A stretch of DNA of 20,000 nt, taken from an uncultured virus (IMG/VR IMGVR_UViG_3300030372_004155). Taxonomy: Duplodnaviria; Heunggongvirae; Uroviricota; Caudoviricetes. The stretch lies in the IMG/VR virus record IMGVR_UViG_3300030372_004155, one strand, 5' to 3'. The position numbers were made by a program, and so were the translations under genes. The notes under the pieces were generated by a model, which did not search any database, was not told where the DNA came from, and was given only the letters and a program-made list of their open reading frames with translations. Below are positions 17,556-20,000 of the stretch, one piece after another (position 1 is the first letter of the stretch; each line of letters opens with the position of its first letter).

Positions 17556-17750
17556 TTAATACGCCGAACTGAATACTTGAGAAATAATAGACTCAGTTTC
17601 ACGAGTAACTAACTCTTTCTCAGGGTAATCTTTGTATTCACTAACTGCATCAAATATGCAGTCCCATTGTTCATTAGTAAAGAAATCACGGATTAAATTG
17701 ATATCTTTGTGGGAGTAATCCTTCCCGTTGATTGTTAAGAATGATTCCAT
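17556..17750 (-). CDS. Hypothetical protein, 64 aa
   Basis: ORF track; 2 nt after the upstream stop and followed by a terminator. Confidence 0.8.
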   Translation of the reverse strand: MESFLTINGKDYSHKDINLIRDFFTNEQWDCIFDAVSEYKDYPEKELVTRETESIISQVFSSAY

Positions 17751-17752
17751 GA

Positions 17753-17947
17753 TTACTGACCATTAGTGTAAGAACCCATGAGGCACTTGCCGTGCCACAC
17801 CTCACTATACCCGTATTCTTCGGATAAGTCAAGGCACAATCCCCAACACTCATCTAGAGTTTTGAAAACTGTATTCTCATATGGAGCAGAGTCACATACG
17901 ACTGCGTAAGGAAACGCAGGATTGAAAGTGGTATTTGGATTGAACAT
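17753..17947 (-). CDS. Hypothetical protein, 64 aa (MFNPNTTFNPAFPYAVVC...CLDLSEEYGYSEVWHG...)
   Basis: Start reassigned to the first ATG after the cassette 8 -10 box. Confidence 0.8.
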   Translation of the reverse strand: MFNPNTTFNPAFPYAVVCDSAPYENTVFKTLDECWGLCLDLSEEYGYSEVWHGKCLMGSYTNGQ

Positions 17948-17953
17948 ATTCTT

Positions 17954-18012
17954 ATAATACATGAAAAAACCCCCAGTTGGGGATTTAGTGGACAGTTTGC
18001 GAACCGGCCTAG
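17954..18012 (-). promoter_or_regulatory. Regulatory cassette 8
   Basis: CCGGTT-CGCA-AACTGTCCAC, hairpin CCCCA-AC-TGGGG, T6, TATTAT. Confidence 0.8.
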
Positions 18013-18248
18013 GCCCGCATCTGTTCATACTCCGTGACCTTATCAGTTACTAAGTGCCTGTGGATTGTGAAGAGTTTGTCAAGGTCAACCCCGTCAAAAT
18101 CATCCCACTCACTCACGTAACTCCAGTTATCAGAGTCTGCTGTAGAATCCTCAAAGGCAGGGCAGTAACAGAAATCGTTATCGTCACTTAACCAAAAATA
18201 CATTCCGAAGTGAAGGGAAAGCAAGGCGGTTGCAATATCAAAGTCCAT
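18009..18248 (-). CDS. Acidic hypothetical protein, 79 aa
   Basis: ORF track; lies between cassettes 9 and 8; D/E- and aromatic-rich. Confidence 0.8.
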   Translation of the reverse strand: MDFDIATALLSLHFGMYFWLSDDNDFCYCPAFEDSTADSDNWSYVSEWDDFDGVDLDKLFTIHRHLVTDKVTEYEQMRA

Positions 18249-18276
18249 AAAGGGAACGAGTGCCGATTACTCATGT

Positions 18277-18370
18277 AATATAACCCATTTTACCAACGAA
18301 TGGGAGATTAGTGGACAGTTTGATAAAGTGGCACAAGATCGGTTGATTTGATATCAAAATGGATTATAAT
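18277..18370. promoter_or_regulatory. Regulatory cassette 9, bidirectional
   Basis: Dyad GTGGACAGTT-TGATA-AAGTGGCAC (18311-18334), minus-strand TATATT at 18282-18277 and plus-strand TATAAT at 18365-18370. Confidence 0.7.
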
Positions 18371-18449
18371 AAGAATATCAAGAGAGCAGAGGTATGCTCT
18401 ATAAAATCTTCGCCACTCCCCCTGCGATAAATTAATTATAAGATTCTCA

Positions 18450-18476
18450 TTCTCAATAAGGATTTGTTATTGAGAA
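18450..18476. repeat. Inverted repeat TTCTCAATAA-N7-TTATTGAGAA (copy 2)
   Basis: Perfect 10-bp arms and the same GGATTT loop as copy 1. Confidence 0.85.
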
Positions 18477-18499
18477 ACTAGTGATAATAAGAAAGGCAC

Positions 18500-18557
18500 G
18501 TGCCAGTTCATAAACCTGCACAAGCCCTGCATATTTCGTAATGTATTGTGATATAAT
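18500..18557 (+). promoter_or_regulatory. Plus-strand cassette-type promoter
   Basis: GTGCCAGTT-CATA-AACCTGCAC, 30 nt, extended -10 TGA-TATAAT. Confidence 0.65.
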
Positions 18558-18669
18558 ATTACATGTAAATGTTACACATAGATGTATAGTATCTCGTGCT
18601 ATATGTTATTATGTGTATGTAATCTCGTGCATAATGTATACATGAATCTCGCACATAATCTCGCACTAA

Positions 18670-18831
18670 TTATGCGTAATGTGTATATGCAAGCTGTGTG
18701 TAATCATATGAATCTCGTGAGTATTCCTCGTCTAGATCATATGTATCTTGCATATTATGTGAGAGATTCTCGTCTAGATCGTGGCATGAGATCTCGTAGT
18801 CCCATACTGATGACGCATCGTAATCTTGCAT
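18670..18831 (-). CDS. Small Asp/Tyr-rich acidic protein, 53 aa (MQDYDASSVWDYEISCHDLDENLSHNMQDTYDLDEEYSRDSYDYTQLAYTHYA)
   Basis: Hand translation; lies downstream of a perfect sigma70 promoter. Confidence 0.75.
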   Translation of the reverse strand: MQDYDASSVWDYEISCHDLDENLSHNMQDTYDLDEEYSRDSYDYTQLAYTHYA

Positions 18832-18863
18832 GATATCTAGTAGTGGATTTGGTTGTTATGTAT

Positions 18864-18892
18864 ATTATAGTATAATCTCGTCTAGATGTCAA
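18864..18892 (-). promoter_or_regulatory. Perfect sigma70 promoter TTGACA-17-TATAAT
   Basis: -35 at 18892-18887 and -10 at 18869-18864; overlapped by a 14-bp inverted repeat. Confidence 0.85.
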
Positions 18893-18922
18893 GTGTTAAT
18901 CTAGACGAGATTCCAATGAGTA

Positions 18923-18930
18923 TATTTATA
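18923..18930 (-). promoter_or_regulatory. T4-type late promoter TATAAATA
   Basis: Exact consensus, intergenic, upstream of the acidic ORF. Confidence 0.55.
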
Positions 18931-19019
18931 CTACTATAAGTCTCATAAGACCTGAACCTGAACTGGTTCTGGTTTGGTGGTTTGGGAACTGGGTTGGTTT
19001 GAACTGGCCGTCCGTGGCC

Positions 19020-19048
19020 TTGACAACGCTCGCTCGTTATGCTACGCT
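19020..19048 (+). promoter_or_regulatory. Plus-strand sigma70-like promoter TTGACA-17-(TGC)TACGCT
   Basis: Perfect -35, 17-nt spacer, extended TGn and a TAnnnT -10; no credible ORF downstream. Confidence 0.55.
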
Positions 19049-19092
19049 CGCTTAGGTCACAAGATGTGGCTGCCTTATGAGAATATAATACC

Positions 19093-19164
19093 ACTATTGA
19101 GAATCAATAAGAACATACTATTGAGACGCAATAAGAGAACACTATTGAGAATGAATAAAACACA
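19093..19164. repeat. 3 x 24-bp tandem repeat ACTATTGAGA-N3-AATAA...
   Basis: Units start at 19093, 19117 and 19141. Confidence 0.85.
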
Positions 19165-19170
19165 GTTTAA

Positions 19171-19178
19171 TATTTATA
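19171..19178 (-). promoter_or_regulatory. T4-type late promoter TATAAATA pointing into the repeats
   Basis: Exact consensus, but in an AT-rich context. Confidence 0.45.
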
Positions 19179-19192
19179 AAGCCATTTAAAAC

Positions 19193-19399
19193 CTATTTTT
19201 TAATGTATTCGGTATCATTTAATACATTTTGTGTATTATTCCAGTGTCTAACCACTCCTGCACATATAACAGTATTAGTAATAAGATAGCTCAGTAATAT
19301 ACCTGTTCTAAGTAAGCATATTATACCATCATATCTTTCTGTTTTTCTATCATTGAAACTACCCAATGTATAGATCCATATCTTAATACATTGATTCAT
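19193..19399 (-). CDS. Small membrane protein, about 68 aa (MNQCIKIWIYTLGSFNDRKTERYD...GVVRHWNN)
   Basis: Start reassigned to avoid overlap with the upstream gene; one hydrophobic helix; resembles a common cyanophage family. Confidence 0.75.
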   Translation of the reverse strand: MNQCIKIWIYTLGSFNDRKTERYDGIICLLRTGILLSYLITNTVICAGVVRHWNNTQNVLNDTEYIKK

Positions 19400-19418
19400 A
19401 TACTTGTTAATATATGAT

Positions 19419-19805
19419 CTATTGAATGTCTTCATATCTGTGTCTCTGTGACTTATACATTGATGCACCATCTTCATTACCATGTACATCATCATACTGT
19501 GAATAGTGTTGACACTCTACATCTCTTCTTCTCTTAACAAATGTTAGTTCATTCCAATTCTCTTTATTACATATAAGCAATGTATGAATCAACTTATGTT
19601 TCATCTCTTTACCACTACTATAATAATAATCAGGTTTTGGTCTAACACTTGTCTCTATAGTAATATACTGAGAAACAGGATTCCACCCTTGTTTCTTTCT
19701 CTTATCATTATCAACTGGTTCTCCTTTAAAATAAACCCATCCTTCATCTGTATCACCATTTGGTCGTTCCCATATTACATAGTCATTAACCTCTGGTTCA
19801 TACAT
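19419..19805 (-). CDS. Hypothetical protein, 128 aa
   Basis: ORF track; MYEPEVNDYVIW..EGWVYFK..YITIE; TGATG coupling with the upstream ORF. Confidence 0.85.
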   Translation of the reverse strand: MYEPEVNDYVIWERPNGDTDEGWVYFKGEPVDNDKRKKQGWNPVSQYITIETSVRPKPDYYYSSGKEMKHKLIHTLLICNKENWNELTFVKRRRDVECQHYSQYDDVHGNEDGASMYKSQRHRYEDIQ

Positions 19806-19960
19806 CAGGACACTCTTTCTACTTTGATACGATCAGGTGAAACTGCATCATCTAAACACTCTTTGATTTTAGCATCACACTGTTCTTTTGTGATACCCTC
19901 TGTTAATGGGTCCCAGCCATCAGTCTGTAATGTTAATACTCTGTATAATGGTTCTGACAT
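19805..19960 (-). CDS. Hypothetical protein, 51 aa (MSEPLYRVLTLQTDGW...VSPDRIKVERVS)
   Basis: Hand translation; stop overlaps the next ATG; late-like TATAAAT at 19988-19982. Confidence 0.8.
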   Translation of the reverse strand: MSEPLYRVLTLQTDGWDPLTEGITKEQCDAKIKECLDDAVSPDRIKVERVS

Positions 19961-20000
19961 TGTTTTACTATAAGAAATCTGATTTATATATTATACTATT

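Larger units (their letters stand above)
18591..18912. repeat. Cluster of about 10 ATCTCG / CTCGTCTAGAT motifs
   Basis: Copies at about 18591, 18622, 18646, 18658, 18712, 18727, 18769, 18791 and 18875, plus an inverted copy at 18899-18912. Confidence 0.8.

Noticed and set aside
15704..18028. Longer N-termini in the track for ORFs starting at 15751, 16171, 17445 and 18028
   Set aside because: The extensions run through the promoter cassettes; downstream ATGs fit the predicted start sites.
15297..18334. Cassette repeats as a CRISPR array
   Set aside because: The intervals are 250-560 nt and contain genes, the repeats are degenerate, and no cas genes are present.
19093..19164. 24-bp repeats as a mini-CRISPR
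   Set aside because: The units are contiguous with no unique spacers of 25-45 nt.
18582..19973. ORFs 18582-18833(+), 18882-19094(-), 18974-19189(+) and 19584-19973(+)
   Set aside because: They are translations of DNA repeats or antisense to better genes. 18582(+) follows a plus-strand promoter and cannot be fully excluded.

Overview
Window from a T4-like marine cyanophage (Prochlorococcus/Synechococcus myovirus type); all credible genes are on the minus strand. 1-12.6 kb is the baseplate module gp25-gp6-gp7. gp7 is a >3,400-aa ORF that runs off the left edge and is absent from the ORF track. 12.6-14.1 kb holds a glycosyltransferase-like gene and four small genes. 14.2-18.3 kb is an early/host-takeover-type region of small genes, punctuated by nine copies of a cassette: dyad box GTGGACAGTT-N4-AA(C/G)TG, GC hairpin, T-run, and a -10 at a fixed 28-30 nt spacing. 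The last cassette drives an 85-nt rod-like structured RNA that starts at the predicted transcription start and lies directly upstream of an RNA-ligase-like (KxDG) gene; this is the most intriguing element. 18.3-19.2 kb is a largely non-coding control hub with divergent and convergent promoters, about 10 ATCTCG(TCTAGAT) repeats, a 14-bp inverted repeat around a perfect -35, and 3x24-bp TATTGAGA repeats (origin-like candidate). All calls are by eye; no searches were run.
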